A stretch of 64,000 bases of DNA from an uncultured Lichenihabitans sp. (GCA_964245915.1 CAXTOT010000007.1:21183-85182); one strand, 5' to 3'. Positions 12,085-22,763 are shown, numbered from the stretch's first letter. The notes: generated by a model not told the origin, from the letters alone. Translations and numbers: made by a program.

Positions 12085-13560
12085 TTGATGAAGTCCCCGC
12101 CGCGCCGGAGCGCGATTGGCTCAGTCCTTCGAACGGGCGGAGCGGCCGGGTTCGGGTCCATGCGGAGTTTGAGCACCCTTGCCAAAAGGTCTGCGGCAGT
12201 GAGACGACAGCGCCTACACGGCGTGCGACGGGCGATCGTCCTGCTCGGCTTATTGGCCGATTCGATGGTCCCTGCCCACGGCATGTCGAGCGTCGTCGAC
12301 CACGCTAGGTCAGGTCTCGAGACCGCAGTGGCTCCGGTCGATCCGGGCGCCGGTGCCCCGGTCGCGGTCGGCGCGAGGCTCGAGCGATCAGGAAGCATCA
12401 CGCGTCTGTCCTTCGACGTTTCCGCCAAATTGGCGGCAAACGCCTACCTGCTCGAGGCGCCGGACCGGGTCATCGTCGATCTCCCGCAAGTCAACTTTCA
12501 GATAGACCCCACGGTCGGGCATCCAAGGCCGGAGCCAGGTGCTCTCGTCAAATCGTTCCGGTTCGGATTGTTCGCTCGGGGGCGCTCCCGCATCGTGATC
12601 GATCTGGCTGGACCCGCGGTCCTGGTGCGAGTCGCAACGACCTCCATCGCGGGGGGCGATCCGTCTCGCCTGACCATCGAACTCACCAAGTCCGATCGGG
12701 CATCGTTTCACAAGGCGGCTCTTGCGGCTCCCGTGCCCTTGGCCGAAACGCAGGCCCAGCCGGAGACGGCCACGGTGGTCGATCCCCCCAAGCCGGGAGC
12801 TTTGCCCGTGATCGTGATCGATCCCGGGCATGGCGGCATCGACCCAGGCGCAAACGGCAACGGCGTGATCGAAAAAACCCTCGTCTTCGATTTCGCCACC
12901 ATGCTCGCCGAAAAGCTCGCCGCGACGGGGCGCTATGCGATCGTGATGACCCGCAAGGACGATTCGTTCGTGAGCCTCCGCGACCGGGTGAGGATCGCAA
13001 GAGAGTCCGGCGCCGCGCTGTTCGTGTCGATCCATGCCGACACGATCGCGGCCAACGGCCCCGTGACCGGGGCCACCGTCTATACCGCCTCGGATCGAGC
13101 CTCCGATGCCGAGGCGGCCCGCGTGGCCGACAACGAGAATCAGGCGGATGCGGCCGCAGGCCTCGATGCCGCACCGGCCACCGCGGGCGTGGACGATATC
13201 CTGTTCGATCTCACGCGGCGGGAAACCCGGACCTATGCGCATTTATTCCAGCGCACCTTGGTGGGCTATTGGGAGAAGATCGCGCGTCTGAACAAGAATC
13301 CGGAACGCGCGGCCGGCTTCAAGGTGCTGCAGGCCCCCGACGTTCCCTCGGTGCTGCTGGAATTGGGCTATCTGTCGAGCGACAAGGACGTGAAGAACCT
13401 GACCTCGCCCGAATGGCGCGATTCAGCCAGCACATCGATCGTCAATGCGGTGAACACCTTCTTTTCCCCGCGGGAATCCGCTCCCGCGCCGCTCGCCGCA
13501 AGCCGTAAACCGGCCGCCGCGAGCCCGTTCGGCACATTGGTTCGCGCCAGCACGAACTGA
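12085..13560 (+). CDS. amiC: N-acetylmuramoyl-L-alanine amidase (AMIN + Amidase_3); start uncertain
   Basis: PDRVIVDL AMIN segment, IDPGHGGIDPG, SIHAD, PSVLLELGYLS; divergent from rne. Confidence 0.9.
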   Translation: MMKSPPRRSAIGSVLRTGGAAGFGSMRSLSTLAKRSAAVRRQRLHGVRRAIVLLGLLADSMVPAHGMSSVVDHARSGLETAVAPVDPGAGAPVAVGARLERSGSITRLSFDVSAKLAANAYLLEAPDRVIVDLPQVNFQIDPTVGHPRPEPGALVKSFRFGLFARGRSRIVIDLAGPAVLVRVATTSIAGGDPSRLTIELTKSDRASFHKAALAAPVPLAETQAQPETATVVDPPKPGALPVIVIDPGHGGIDPGANGNGVIEKTLVFDFATMLAEKLAATGRYAIVMTRKDDSFVSLRDRVRIARESGAALFVSIHADTIAANGPVTGATVYTASDRASDAEAARVADNENQADAAAGLDAAPATAGVDDILFDLTRRETRTYAHLFQRTLVGYWEKIARLNKNPERAAGFKVLQAPDVPSVLLELGYLSSDKDVKNLTSPEWRDSASTSIVNAVNTFFSPRESAPAPLAASRKPAAASPFGTLVRASTN

Positions 13561-13590
13561 CGGCCGGGCCTGGCATGCCATGCGTGCATC

Positions 13591-14463
13591 TCACGTGTCA
13601 TAGGCTAGAGCCATGTACCATTGGTCGAGCAGGCGCAGCACGGGCCCCGAAAAGATCTGATCCATGCGTTCGACCGCGCTCGAGACGGCCGCATCGTCCT
13701 TGGGATCGCCCTCGAACTCCATCTCCGGAAGCACGCGGGTGACGAAACGCGCGCCGCCGAGCCTCTCGTTATAGAAGGGCAGGACCACGGCCTTGGTAAG
13801 CATCGCCAGTCGCGCGGCCTTGCCGAGGTTGCCGTCCAGGCGAAGCGGGCGGTCGAGTGACGGCGCCCCGACCCGTCCATTGGTATTCTCGTCGGCCGCG
13901 ATCATCATGATGCCGCCGGGGCGGCGCAGGTTGGCCAGAGCCTCCCGCCAGACCAAAGGCGACAGCAAAAGCAATCTGGCGGGAACCCGACCGCGCACCC
14001 GCGCCGCAATGTCGGCCCGCGCCGTGCTGGCCGGCGGCGCCACGATGACGGCGACACGGTTCGGCGCGCGAAAACCGATCTGCATCTCGGACAATTCCCA
14101 ATTCCCCAGATGCGGGAAGACGGCCACGATGGGGCGCCCCGATCCGAGGATCGCGTCGAGGCGTTCGCGGCCGTCGATCGCGACGCGGCCGGTGCGCAAC
14201 ATGCGATGGCTCACGGCGAATTCCGCAAAAGTACGCCCGATGTTGGCCCACAAGCGATCGACCGCGGCCTCGCAGGCCGCAGGATCCGATGCCAATTCGG
14301 GCCTCAGCCGCGCGAAAAGGCGCATGGCCCGGTGGTGCTCCTCCGGGTAGCTCTTGCGGCCCATCGCGTTGGACAAGCGCGCGCCAATGCTCGAACAGAG
14401 GTCGATGGGCAGGCCCGTCAATGCAAGATGAAAACCCCAGTCGATGAGGTCGGCGCGTGTCAC
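13591..14463 (-). CDS. Lipid A late acyltransferase-like protein (LpxL/LpxXL, LPLAT superfamily)
   Basis: LWANIGRTFAEF, catalytic H-x4-E motif HLGNWE, C-terminal QW; GTG start overlaps the P450 stop. Confidence 0.8.
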   Translation of the reverse strand: MTRADLIDWGFHLALTGLPIDLCSSIGARLSNAMGRKSYPEEHHRAMRLFARLRPELASDPAACEAAVDRLWANIGRTFAEFAVSHRMLRTGRVAIDGRERLDAILGSGRPIVAVFPHLGNWELSEMQIGFRAPNRVAVIVAPPASTARADIAARVRGRVPARLLLLSPLVWREALANLRRPGGIMMIAADENTNGRVGAPSLDRPLRLDGNLGKAARLAMLTKAVVLPFYNERLGGARFVTRVLPEMEFEGDPKDDAAVSSAVERMDQIFSGPVLRLLDQWYMALAYDT

Positions 14464-15830
14464 CTGCGGTGCTCGATGAGCATCGGCAGCCTTTCACCGG
14501 GCCTGAGGCTGAGGCGGCAGACCGGCTCGACAACCCAGTCCGGCTTGAGACGCAGCCGGACGTTGCGCGCCAAGGTGGCAAGGCAGAGCACCGCCTCGGT
14601 TAGTCCGAAGGCCGCGCCCGTGCAGACCCGGGGCCCAATGCTGAAGGGCACATAGGCATAACGCGATGGCGTTCCCGATCCGCCCGGCATGAACCGGTCC
14701 GGTATGAAGGTGTCCGGCTCATCCCACAGCTTCTTGTGCCGATGCAGTAGCCAGGCATTCAGGATCACGAGATCGCCCTTGCGGACCGGGCGACCCCCAA
14801 GGCTCGTGTCGGCCATGGCCTGCCGGGCCTGCAGCGGCACCGGCGGGTAAAGACGCAGGGTCTCCTCGATGACGGCACGCGTGAAGGGCAGCCGCTGAAA
14901 GTCCTCGTAGACGGCCGGACCGTCGCCGAGAACCCTGTCGACCTCTTCGTGCAGGCGGCGCTCGGTCTCGCCATCCTGGGACAGGATGAACCAAGCCCAG
15001 GCCAGGGTGTTGGCGGTGGTCTCGTGGCCCGCCATGAACAGAACGGCAGCCTCGTTCCGGAACGCGGCGCGGTCCATCGGCTGCCCGCTGTCGTCGAGCT
15101 TGGCCTCCGACATTGATTTTAACAGCGACGCCTCGTTGCCGTCGCCCTGGCTCAGGATGGTGCCGATCACTTTATCCAGCGCGCGGTGAATGCGGCGTGC
15201 CGCACCACGGATGCGAAAGCCCTGGAAGCGCGGGATGATGTCGGGCAACCCGAGCAGGGCGAGGACATCCATCTGCCCGATCAGACTCTGGTACTGGCTG
15301 AAGGCGGACACGATGGATTTGGTGGTGTCGCGGCCGAGCGCCCGACCGAAGATGGTGGCGCATATGATGCCGGCCGTCAGATGCCCCATCTCGGCGATCG
15401 CATCGATCTCGGCACCCGCCGCCAAGGCCGCCCAGGTGGCCCGGTGATCGGCCGCGCCGGCCGTTATGCTGGCGCTCAGCTCGGGCAGGCGCGAAATGTG
15501 GGTAACGGGTGCGATCACCCGGCGGCGATTGCGCCAGGTGCTTCCCTCGCTGATGAACAGGCCGTCGCCGATCAGCGGCTGCAGAGCCGTGCGCTGCTGC
15601 GAGGATTTCCGTTCGAACACGGCGGCGCCGTCGATGAAGGCTTCCTTCACGGTCTGCGGGCTGTTGACCACGTGCACGCCCTTGCGCAACACACGGTGAC
15701 TGAACAGGTCCATCGAGAAGGTCTGGATGGGCCAGATCGCGATGAGGCTGCGGCGGGCGGTTCGGATCAGGGCAAGCGGCCCGAGCGGTCTCTCCGGACG
15801 AAGCGGATAGGGCGGGATGTAGGCGCTCAT
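14460..15830 (-). CDS. Cytochrome P450
   Basis: I-helix AGHETTA, ExxR (EETLRLYPP), PDRF, heme ligand PFSIGPRVCTG. Confidence 0.97.
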   Translation of the reverse strand: MSAYIPPYPLRPERPLGPLALIRTARRSLIAIWPIQTFSMDLFSHRVLRKGVHVVNSPQTVKEAFIDGAAVFERKSSQQRTALQPLIGDGLFISEGSTWRNRRRVIAPVTHISRLPELSASITAGAADHRATWAALAAGAEIDAIAEMGHLTAGIICATIFGRALGRDTTKSIVSAFSQYQSLIGQMDVLALLGLPDIIPRFQGFRIRGAARRIHRALDKVIGTILSQGDGNEASLLKSMSEAKLDDSGQPMDRAAFRNEAAVLFMAGHETTANTLAWAWFILSQDGETERRLHEEVDRVLGDGPAVYEDFQRLPFTRAVIEETLRLYPPVPLQARQAMADTSLGGRPVRKGDLVILNAWLLHRHKKLWDEPDTFIPDRFMPGGSGTPSRYAYVPFSIGPRVCTGAAFGLTEAVLCLATLARNVRLRLKPDWVVEPVCRLSLRPGERLPMLIEHRR

Positions 15831-15975
15831 GGGCATGGTCTTACCCGATTGCAGCGGTTCGGCAAGGCGGGGTGCCAGACGCTCCACCCACACACTGCTG
15901 TGTCGGCAGCGCCACAGCCTTGCTGTTCCGCAACAAGATCGCGGTGCGGTTCCAAGGCCGTCGGGCTCAGCCGCA

Positions 15976-16004
15976 TTGACACCACAAAACGGCCGCAGCT
16001 TATC
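15976..16004 (+). promoter_or_regulatory. Candidate sigma70 promoter for mrcA
   Basis: Perfect TTGACA at 15976 about 120 nt upstream of the start; -10 element weak. Confidence 0.4.
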
Positions 16005-16096
16005 GCCATCGCGTCATTGAACGACGAGGCCAGAGAACGCGTGCCGATGGATGGCCCGATCCGGTCTTCGAACGCCCAAGTGAAGGCTTGATCCAA

Positions 16097-18508
16097 ATGC
16101 GGCTGATCGCCCGGTTCCTGGGATTCCTGTTTGCGACGGGCGCGCTGGTCTTCGTGATCGGCGCCGCCGCGGCAGGGGTGCTGGTTTGGAAATACCAGCA
16201 GGACCTGCCGGACTACACGCAGCTCAAGAATTACGAGCCACCGGTGATGACCCGCGTGCATGCCGGGGACGGCAGTCTGCTGGCCGAATATGCGCGGGAG
16301 CGTCGGCTGTATCTTCCCTCCGCGGCCATTCCGCCGCTCGTCAAGCACGCCTTCCTGTCGGCCGAAGACAAGAACTTCTACAATCATAACGGCGTCGACA
16401 TCGAGGGCGTCGGGAGAGCCCTCATGATCATGCTCGAGGGTAACAAACGCGTCCAGGGCGCTTCCACGATCACCCAGCAGGTCGCCAAGAACTTCCTGCT
16501 CACCAACGAGCGAAGTTTCGACCGGAAGATCAAGGAGGCTCTGCTGGCCTTCAGGATCGAGTCGGCCTATCCGAAAGAAAAGATCCTGGAACTCTATATG
16601 AACCAGATCTTTCTCGGGCTAGGCAATTACGGAGTCGCGGCCGCGGCGCTGAACTACTTCAACAAATCGGTCAATGAGCTCACCGTCTCCGAGGTCGCTT
16701 ATCTCGCGGCCTTGCCGAAAGGGCCGAACAACTACCAGCCCTTCCTGCACCACGAGGCCGCGCTCGGACGGCGCAACTGGGTGATCGACCGCATGGTCGA
16801 GAATGGCTACGTGTCGCATGACGACGGCGAAAAGGCGAAGCTGGAGCCGCTCGGCGTCAACCCGCGTGTGCTGTCACCCGATTCGTTCGCGGCGGGATAT
16901 TTCGCCGAAGAGGTTCGACGCGAACTCAGCGATCGTTATGGCGAGAAGAAGCTCTACGAGGGCGGCCTTTCGGTGCGCACGACGCTCGACCCCAAGATGC
17001 AGGTCATGGCCCGGAAGGCGCTCGTGGACGGCCTCGTCCGCTACGACGAATCGCGCGGCTGGCGCGGCGCGATCCGTCACGTCGACCTTGGCAGCGATTG
17101 GGGATTGACGCTGGCGGACGTGCCGATCCTGGGGGACGTGCAGCCCTGGCGCTTGGCCATCGTGCTCGACGTCAACGATGCGGGTGCTCGGATCGGCCTG
17201 CAACCGCCACGCGACAAGGCCGGTGAAGTGTCGGCCGAACGCGCGATCGCGCAATTGCCGCTGGACGGGATCCGCTGGACCAACAAGAAGATTAAGGTGC
17301 TGCTCTCACCGGGCGACATCGTCTATGTCGAGGCCGCCGAGGGTAAGCCCGGCCAGTTCCGCTTGCGGCAGGTCCCGGAAATCTCCGGCGCCATCGTGGC
17401 CATGGACCCGTACACCGGCCGGGTCTTCTCCATGGTGGGCGGTTTCTCCTTCGCGCAATCCGAGTTCAACCGCGCCACCCAGGCGCTGCGCCAGCCCGGC
17501 TCCTCCTTCAAGCCGTTCGTCTATGCCACGGCGCTCGACAACGGCTATACCCCGTCCTCGGTCGTGATGGACGCTCCGATCGAGATCGACATGGGTCCGG
17601 GGCAGGGCATGTGGCGGCCCCAAAACGACGACGACGAGGGCTCCGGTCCACATACGCTTCGCTATGGCGTCGAGCATTCGCGCAACCTGATGACGGTGCG
17701 GCTCGCCAAGGATATCGGCATGCCGCTGATCGTCGAATATGCCAAGCGCTTCGGCATCTATGACGACATGCTGCCGGTGCTCTCGATGTCGCTCGGCGCC
17801 GGCGAGACCACGGTGCTGCGCATGGTGACGGCCTATTCCATGCTGGCCAATGGCGGCAAACGCATCAAACCGACGCTGATCGACCGCATTCAGGACCGTT
17901 GGGGCCACACGATCTATACGCATGACGAGCGGACCTGCGAGGGATGTGACGCCGATAAATGGACCGATCAGCCCGAGCCGAAGCTGGTCGACAAGCGCGA
18001 GCAGGTTCTCGATCCGTTGACCGCATACCAGATCACTTCGATTCTGGAGGGCGTGATCACCCGCGGGACCGGCGTGGCCGTAAAGGTGCTGGGGCGGCAT
18101 TTGGCGGGCAAGACCGGCACCACCAACGACGCCAAAGACGTCTGGTTCGTCGGTTATTCGGCCGATCTCGCGGTCGGGCTCTATCTCGGTTACGATCAGC
18201 CCAAGTCCCTGGGTGAAAAAGCCTATGCGGCGCAATATGCGGCGCCGGTGTTCCGCGATTTCATGGCGATGGCGTTGAAGGACAAGCCGGACGTGCCGTT
18301 CCGGGTGCCGGCTGGAATCAAGCTGATCTCCGTCGACCTGCATTCGGGCATGCGCGGCAGCGGCAAGGATTCCATCCTCGAAGCCTTCAAGCCGGGTACG
18401 GCCCCGCCCGACAGCTATTCGGTGATCGGCGACGCCTCGCCCAAGGACATGAGCGTCTCGCCCGACACCGATCGCTCGGTCGGGTCCGGAACGGGCGGCC
18501 TCTACTAG
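16097..18508 (+). CDS. mrcA: Penicillin-binding protein 1A
   Basis: TM anchor, SAEDKNF and GASTITQQ transglycosylase motifs, SSFK, SRN and KTG transpeptidase motifs. Confidence 0.96.
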   Translation: MRLIARFLGFLFATGALVFVIGAAAAGVLVWKYQQDLPDYTQLKNYEPPVMTRVHAGDGSLLAEYARERRLYLPSAAIPPLVKHAFLSAEDKNFYNHNGVDIEGVGRALMIMLEGNKRVQGASTITQQVAKNFLLTNERSFDRKIKEALLAFRIESAYPKEKILELYMNQIFLGLGNYGVAAAALNYFNKSVNELTVSEVAYLAALPKGPNNYQPFLHHEAALGRRNWVIDRMVENGYVSHDDGEKAKLEPLGVNPRVLSPDSFAAGYFAEEVRRELSDRYGEKKLYEGGLSVRTTLDPKMQVMARKALVDGLVRYDESRGWRGAIRHVDLGSDWGLTLADVPILGDVQPWRLAIVLDVNDAGARIGLQPPRDKAGEVSAERAIAQLPLDGIRWTNKKIKVLLSPGDIVYVEAAEGKPGQFRLRQVPEISGAIVAMDPYTGRVFSMVGGFSFAQSEFNRATQALRQPGSSFKPFVYATALDNGYTPSSVVMDAPIEIDMGPGQGMWRPQNDDDEGSGPHTLRYGVEHSRNLMTVRLAKDIGMPLIVEYAKRFGIYDDMLPVLSMSLGAGETTVLRMVTAYSMLANGGKRIKPTLIDRIQDRWGHTIYTHDERTCEGCDADKWTDQPEPKLVDKREQVLDPLTAYQITSILEGVITRGTGVAVKVLGRHLAGKTGTTNDAKDVWFVGYSADLAVGLYLGYDQPKSLGEKAYAAQYAAPVFRDFMAMALKDKPDVPFRVPAGIKLISVDLHSGMRGSGKDSILEAFKPGTAPPDSYSVIGDASPKDMSVSPDTDRSVGSGTGGLY

Positions 18509-18588
18509 CGTCCGCAGCCGATAGGAGCGCAATACGGGTTCCATGCGTTCCCGAAAGCGCCCTCAGAGGCTGTTTGGAAGCTCCATGC

Positions 18589-18685
18589 TCCTCATCCTGA
18601 GCCGGGTCCGCAGGACCCGAGTCGAAGGACGGCAACAGTGGCCGTGCTTCGACTGGACCGCTTCCGCGGTCCGCTCAGCATGAGG
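18589..18685. repeat. Multibranched palindromic REP-like intergenic element
   Basis: Outer CTCATCCTGAGC/GCTCAGCATGAG, inner AGTCGAAG/CTTCGACT, side hairpins GGGTCC-GCA-GGACCC and GGACCGC-TTCC-GCGGTCC. Confidence 0.7.
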
Positions 18686-18853
18686 GACATTGTGCTGTAA
18701 AACGGACTTTTAGCGTCTCCCGGCGACCGCATCGCCAGTCCTCCGGAAACCCGTTGCTCGCGTCGACGCCATCGGCGTGCTATGCGGCGTGCCTGCGCCC
18801 GCCCAGCTTGCGCGCTTCCCCTCTTTTCGTAATGACAGCGTCCCGAGTTCTGC

Positions 18854-19582
18854 ATGTCCGATTTCATCCGCGAGGTTAACGAGGAAGTTCGTCAGGAGCG
18901 GATCCGACGCTTTCTCAATCGTTATTGGCTGTACCTCCTGGGGTCCGTGGCGCTGGTGCTGGCCGGTGTGGGGGCCTGGCGCGCCAACGAATACCTGTCG
19001 ACTCAGGCCGCGCAAGCCGTGGGTGGCCGCTACCTCGATGCGCTCGACCTGCAACGCGAGGGCAAGACCGCCGATGCCATCACGGCAATGAACGGCGTCG
19101 CCAAGGACGGCACTGCGGGGTACCGTTTGTTGGCCCGTTTCAGCATCGCGGCCGATACCGGGAAAACCGATCCCGTGGCCGGGGCCAAGCTGTTCGACGC
19201 CATTGCGGCGGATGCCGCGGTCGATCCAGCTTATCAGAACCTTGCCCGTCTGCGCGCGGGCACGCTGCTGGTCGACACCTCGTCCTATCCCGAGTTGAAG
19301 CAGAGGCTCGAACCTCTGGCCGACGCCAACAATGGCCTGAGAAATTCCGCGCGTGAGCTTCTCGCCGTGGCAGCCCTCAAGGCAGGGCAGAGCGAGGAGG
19401 CCGGCCGCTGGCTCGATGCCATCGAGACCGATCCCACCACGCAGGCGGCGCTCAGGCGACGCGCCGAAGCCATGCTGGGTCTCGTTCGCGCCGGCAGCGG
19501 CGACGCGACCAGCGAGGCCGCACAGCCAACTCCCTTGACCCCGCCGAACGGTTCGTCGCCGACTGATCCGCCCGCCAAATGA
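18854..19582 (+). CDS. YfgM-like tetratricopeptide-repeat membrane protein
   Basis: [16 protein letters not shown]-terminus, single TM helix, helical repeats; overlaps the der start. Confidence 0.85.
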   Translation: MSDFIREVNEEVRQERIRRFLNRYWLYLLGSVALVLAGVGAWRANEYLSTQAAQAVGGRYLDALDLQREGKTADAITAMNGVAKDGTAGYRLLARFSIAADTGKTDPVAGAKLFDAIAADAAVDPAYQNLARLRAGTLLVDTSSYPELKQRLEPLADANNGLRNSARELLAVAALKAGQSEEAGRWLDAIETDPTTQAALRRRAEAMLGLVRAGSGDATSEAAQPTPLTPPNGSSPTDPPAK

Positions 19583-20985
19583 GCAAGTTTTCCATCGCCA
19601 TCATCGGGCGTCCAAACGTCGGCAAATCGACCCTGTTCAACCGGCTTGTCGGCAAGAAACTGGCGCTCGTCGACGATCAGCCGGGGGTGACACGCGACCG
19701 GCGGGAGGGCGAGGCCAAGCTCGGCGACCTGCGTTTCACGATCATCGACACCGCAGGCCTGGAGGAGGGCGACGGCGCCGCGCTCACCGGCCGCATGCGG
19801 GCGCAGACCGAGGCCGCGGTGGCCGATGCCGACGCCATCTTCTTCATGATCGACGCCCGCGTGGGCCTCACCCCCATAGACCGGCATTTCGCGAGCCTTG
19901 TGCGGCGCGCCGACAAGCCGCTGATCCTCATCGCAAACAAGGCCGAGGGCCGGGCCGGCACGGCGGGTGCCTATGAGGCCTTCGATCTCGGCCTCGGCGA
20001 CCCCGTGCCACTCTCGGCCGAACATGGCGACGGTTTTGCCGAGCTCTACGAGAGCCTGCTGCACGCCTTGCCGGACGCCACCGCCGAGGACGCGCCCGAC
20101 GCCGAGAAAGCGCGCGAGCGTCTCGAACTCGACGACGAGGAGGATGGCACCGAACTCGATCCCACTAAGCCGCTCAACATCGCGATCCTGGGCAGGCCGA
20201 ACGCCGGCAAGTCGACGCTGCTCAACCGCATTCTCGGCGAGGAGCGGCTGCTCACGGGCCCCGAACCGGGCATCACGCGCGACGCCATCGGGATCGACTT
20301 CGAATGGCGTGGGCGGCAGCTCAAGATCTTCGACACCGCGGGGCTGCGCAAGCGCGCCCGCATCGACGACAAGCTCGAAAAACTCGCCACCCACGACGCG
20401 CTGCGGGCCGCCAAATTTGCCGAAGTCGTGATCGTGCTGCTCGATGCCACGATCCCGTTCGAGAAGCAGGACCTCACCATCGCGGATCTGATCGAGCGCG
20501 AGGGGCGCGGCCTGGTAATCGGGCTCAACAAATGGGACTTGATCGAGGCCCGCGGCTCGCGCCTGTCGGAACTGCGGGAGGATGCCAACCGCCTGCTACC
20601 GCAGCTCAAAGGCATGCCCGTGGTGCCGGTCTCGGGGCTGAACGGCCAGGGCCTCGACAAGCTGCTCGAGGCCGTGGTGAAGGTCCACGAAGTCTGGAAC
20701 AAGCGGATCTCGACCGGCAAGCTCAATCGCTGGCTCACCGCGACCGTCGACGCCACGCCGCCGCCGGCCGTGAGCGGGCGGCGGATCAAACTGCGCTACA
20801 TGACCCAGCCCAAGGCGCGGCCGCCGAGTTTCGTCATGTTCGGCAACCAGCTGCGCGACCTGCCCACCTCCTACCAGCGCTTCCTCGTCAACGGTCTACG
20901 CGAAAGCTTCGATTTGCCTGGGGTGCCGATCCGTCTGTCGATGCGCCAGGGTGACAACCCTTACGACAAGCGCAAGAAATATTGA
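19579..20985 (+). CDS. der: Ribosome biogenesis GTPase Der (EngA)
   Basis: Two GTPase domains: [28 protein letters not shown]. Confidence 0.98.
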   Translation: MSKFSIAIIGRPNVGKSTLFNRLVGKKLALVDDQPGVTRDRREGEAKLGDLRFTIIDTAGLEEGDGAALTGRMRAQTEAAVADADAIFFMIDARVGLTPIDRHFASLVRRADKPLILIANKAEGRAGTAGAYEAFDLGLGDPVPLSAEHGDGFAELYESLLHALPDATAEDAPDAEKARERLELDDEEDGTELDPTKPLNIAILGRPNAGKSTLLNRILGEERLLTGPEPGITRDAIGIDFEWRGRQLKIFDTAGLRKRARIDDKLEKLATHDALRAAKFAEVVIVLLDATIPFEKQDLTIADLIEREGRGLVIGLNKWDLIEARGSRLSELREDANRLLPQLKGMPVVPVSGLNGQGLDKLLEAVVKVHEVWNKRISTGKLNRWLTATVDATPPPAVSGRRIKLRYMTQPKARPPSFVMFGNQLRDLPTSYQRFLVNGLRESFDLPGVPIRLSMRQGDNPYDKRKKY

Positions 20986-21027
20986 GGGGTAGCCCGGTCG
21001 GGCCTTCCCAAGAGGCGCTTCGGAGTC

Positions 21028-21777
21028 TCAGCTCGGGGCCGCAAAGCTCACGACCCGCCCAGCGGGAAAATCGAACAGTTTTCCGGTTTCGCTCGAACCC
21101 GGGAGACAGAGCTCGACGATGCGCGGGCTCAGCTCCTCCGGCGTCTTCAGCGTCTCGGGATCTTCGCCCGGCATTGCGGCGGCGCGCATCCGGGTGCGCA
21201 GGGGACCGGGATTGACCGCCATCACCCGAACCGACGAGGTCGTGGCGGTTTCGGCCGCATAAGTGCGCATCAAGGCATCCAGTGCGGCTTTCGAGACCGC
21301 GTAAGGACCCCAATAGGGGCGCAGCTCGGCCCGATGGCCGGCGCCCGAGCTGATGAACACGACCCGTCCGGCGTCGGAAGCGCGAAGCAGCGGGTCGAGC
21401 GAACGGATCAGCCGCCAATTGGCCGTGACATTGACCGCCATCACGTCGTCCCACTGTTTGGGATCGACATGGCCGAGGGGCGTGATCGGCCCGAGCAGGC
21501 CGGCATTGCCCACCAGGACGTCGAGTTTGCTCCAGCGCTCGTGGATCGCGGCGCCGAGCCGATCGAGCGCATCGCCATCGGTCAGGTCGCAAGGCACCAA
21601 TGTGGCTTCGGAGCCGATCTTGCGGATCTCGTCATCGAGCTCCTCCAGCGCGCCTTGCGTGCGGCCCAATGCGATCACGTGGGCGCCCGCACGGGCAAGG
21701 TCGAGGCTGACCGCGCGTCCGATCCCCCGGGTCGCCCCCGTCACCAGGGCGATGCGCCCCTCGAGCCGCTTGTCCAT
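21028..21777 (-). CDS. SDR family oxidoreductase (YciK-like)
   Basis: TGATRGIG, YAVSK, NPGPLRTRMR. Confidence 0.92.
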   Translation of the reverse strand: MDKRLEGRIALVTGATRGIGRAVSLDLARAGAHVIALGRTQGALEELDDEIRKIGSEATLVPCDLTDGDALDRLGAAIHERWSKLDVLVGNAGLLGPITPLGHVDPKQWDDVMAVNVTANWRLIRSLDPLLRASDAGRVVFISSGAGHRAELRPYWGPYAVSKAALDALMRTYAAETATTSSVRVMAVNPGPLRTRMRAAAMPGEDPETLKTPEELSPRIVELCLPGSSETGKLFDFPAGRVVSFAAPS

Positions 21778-21869
21778 GTCATGTTCCTTGCTTGCGCCGT
21801 GGCGCGACTTAGGCTTGTTCGAGGCTCGATACCAATCTTTTCGGGCCAGGCAAGAGCGGAGGAAGAGGC

Positions 21870-22763
21870 GTGCCGCAGGTGGAGCAGGAGGGTAGGGCCC
21901 GTGGATCCCGCGTCATCAGGGTGGGCGACCGAGAGGTCATCACGCGCGGGCTCAAAAGCAACGTGTGGGCGGACGCCTATTACAACGCCATGACGATCGG
22001 CTGGGTGTCTTTCGTGGCCGCATCGGCGGTGTTCTTCTGCATAACCAATGCGATCTTCGCCGTCCTATACATGCTCGGCGACCAGCCCATCTCCAATGTC
22101 AAACCGGGCGATTTCCTCCAGTACTTCTTCTTCAGCGTGGAAACCTTGGCCACCGTCGGCTATGGCGACCTGCATCCGCAGTCGACGTTCGGCCACACCG
22201 TGGCCAGCGTCGAAATGTTCGTCGGTCTGTTCCTGACGGCTTTGCTCACCGGGCTGATCTTCGCCCGCTTCGCGCGCCCGCGCGCCCGCTTCATCTTTGC
22301 CAAGCTCGTCACGGTCAGCTTCCACGACGGCAAGCCGACGCTGATCGTGCGGGTCGCCAACGCGCGGCAAAATATGATCAGCGACGCGACCGCCAAACTC
22401 TGGCTCGTTCGCACGCGCGCAAATCAGGAGGGGATCGTCTATCGGGCTTTCGAGGAACTCGCCTTGCAGCGGTCCGAAAACCCGGTTTTCGTGTTGAGCT
22501 GGTCGCTGTTCCATGTGATCGACGAGACCAGCCCCCTGGCGGGCGTTTCGTCGGATCAACTCGCGATCGAGGACGCATCGTTGTTGCTCGCCTTGACGGG
22601 TCACGACGAGAGCGCCGCACAACAGGTCTACGGCCGCCAAACCTACCCGGTCGACCAATTGCGCTGGAACCACCGCTACGTCGACATCATCGATACGGCG
22701 CCGGACGGGCGAACGCTCATCGACTACAGCCGGTTTCACGACGTGGTTGAAGTGGCTTCGTAA
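21870..22763 (+). CDS. KirBac-type inward-rectifier potassium channel
   Basis: FFFSVETLATVGYGD selectivity filter, GLIFARFARP, RVANAR, HVIDETSPL. Confidence 0.93.
   Translation: MPQVEQEGRARGSRVIRVGDREVITRGLKSNVWADAYYNAMTIGWVSFVAASAVFFCITNAIFAVLYMLGDQPISNVKPGDFLQYFFFSVETLATVGYGDLHPQSTFGHTVASVEMFVGLFLTALLTGLIFARFARPRARFIFAKLVTVSFHDGKPTLIVRVANARQNMISDATAKLWLVRTRANQEGIVYRAFEELALQRSENPVFVLSWSLFHVIDETSPLAGVSSDQLAIEDASLLLALTGHDESAAQQVYGRQTYPVDQLRWNHRYVDIIDTAPDGRTLIDYSRFHDVVEVAS

Noticed and set aside
18589-18685. tRNA or CRISPR interpretation of the cloverleaf-like palindrome
   Set aside because: No T-loop or D-loop consensus, no CCA end, no repeat-spacer periodicity
18854-20985. No bamB between the YfgM-like gene and der
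   Set aside because: bamB absence is already known in several Rhizobiales lineages
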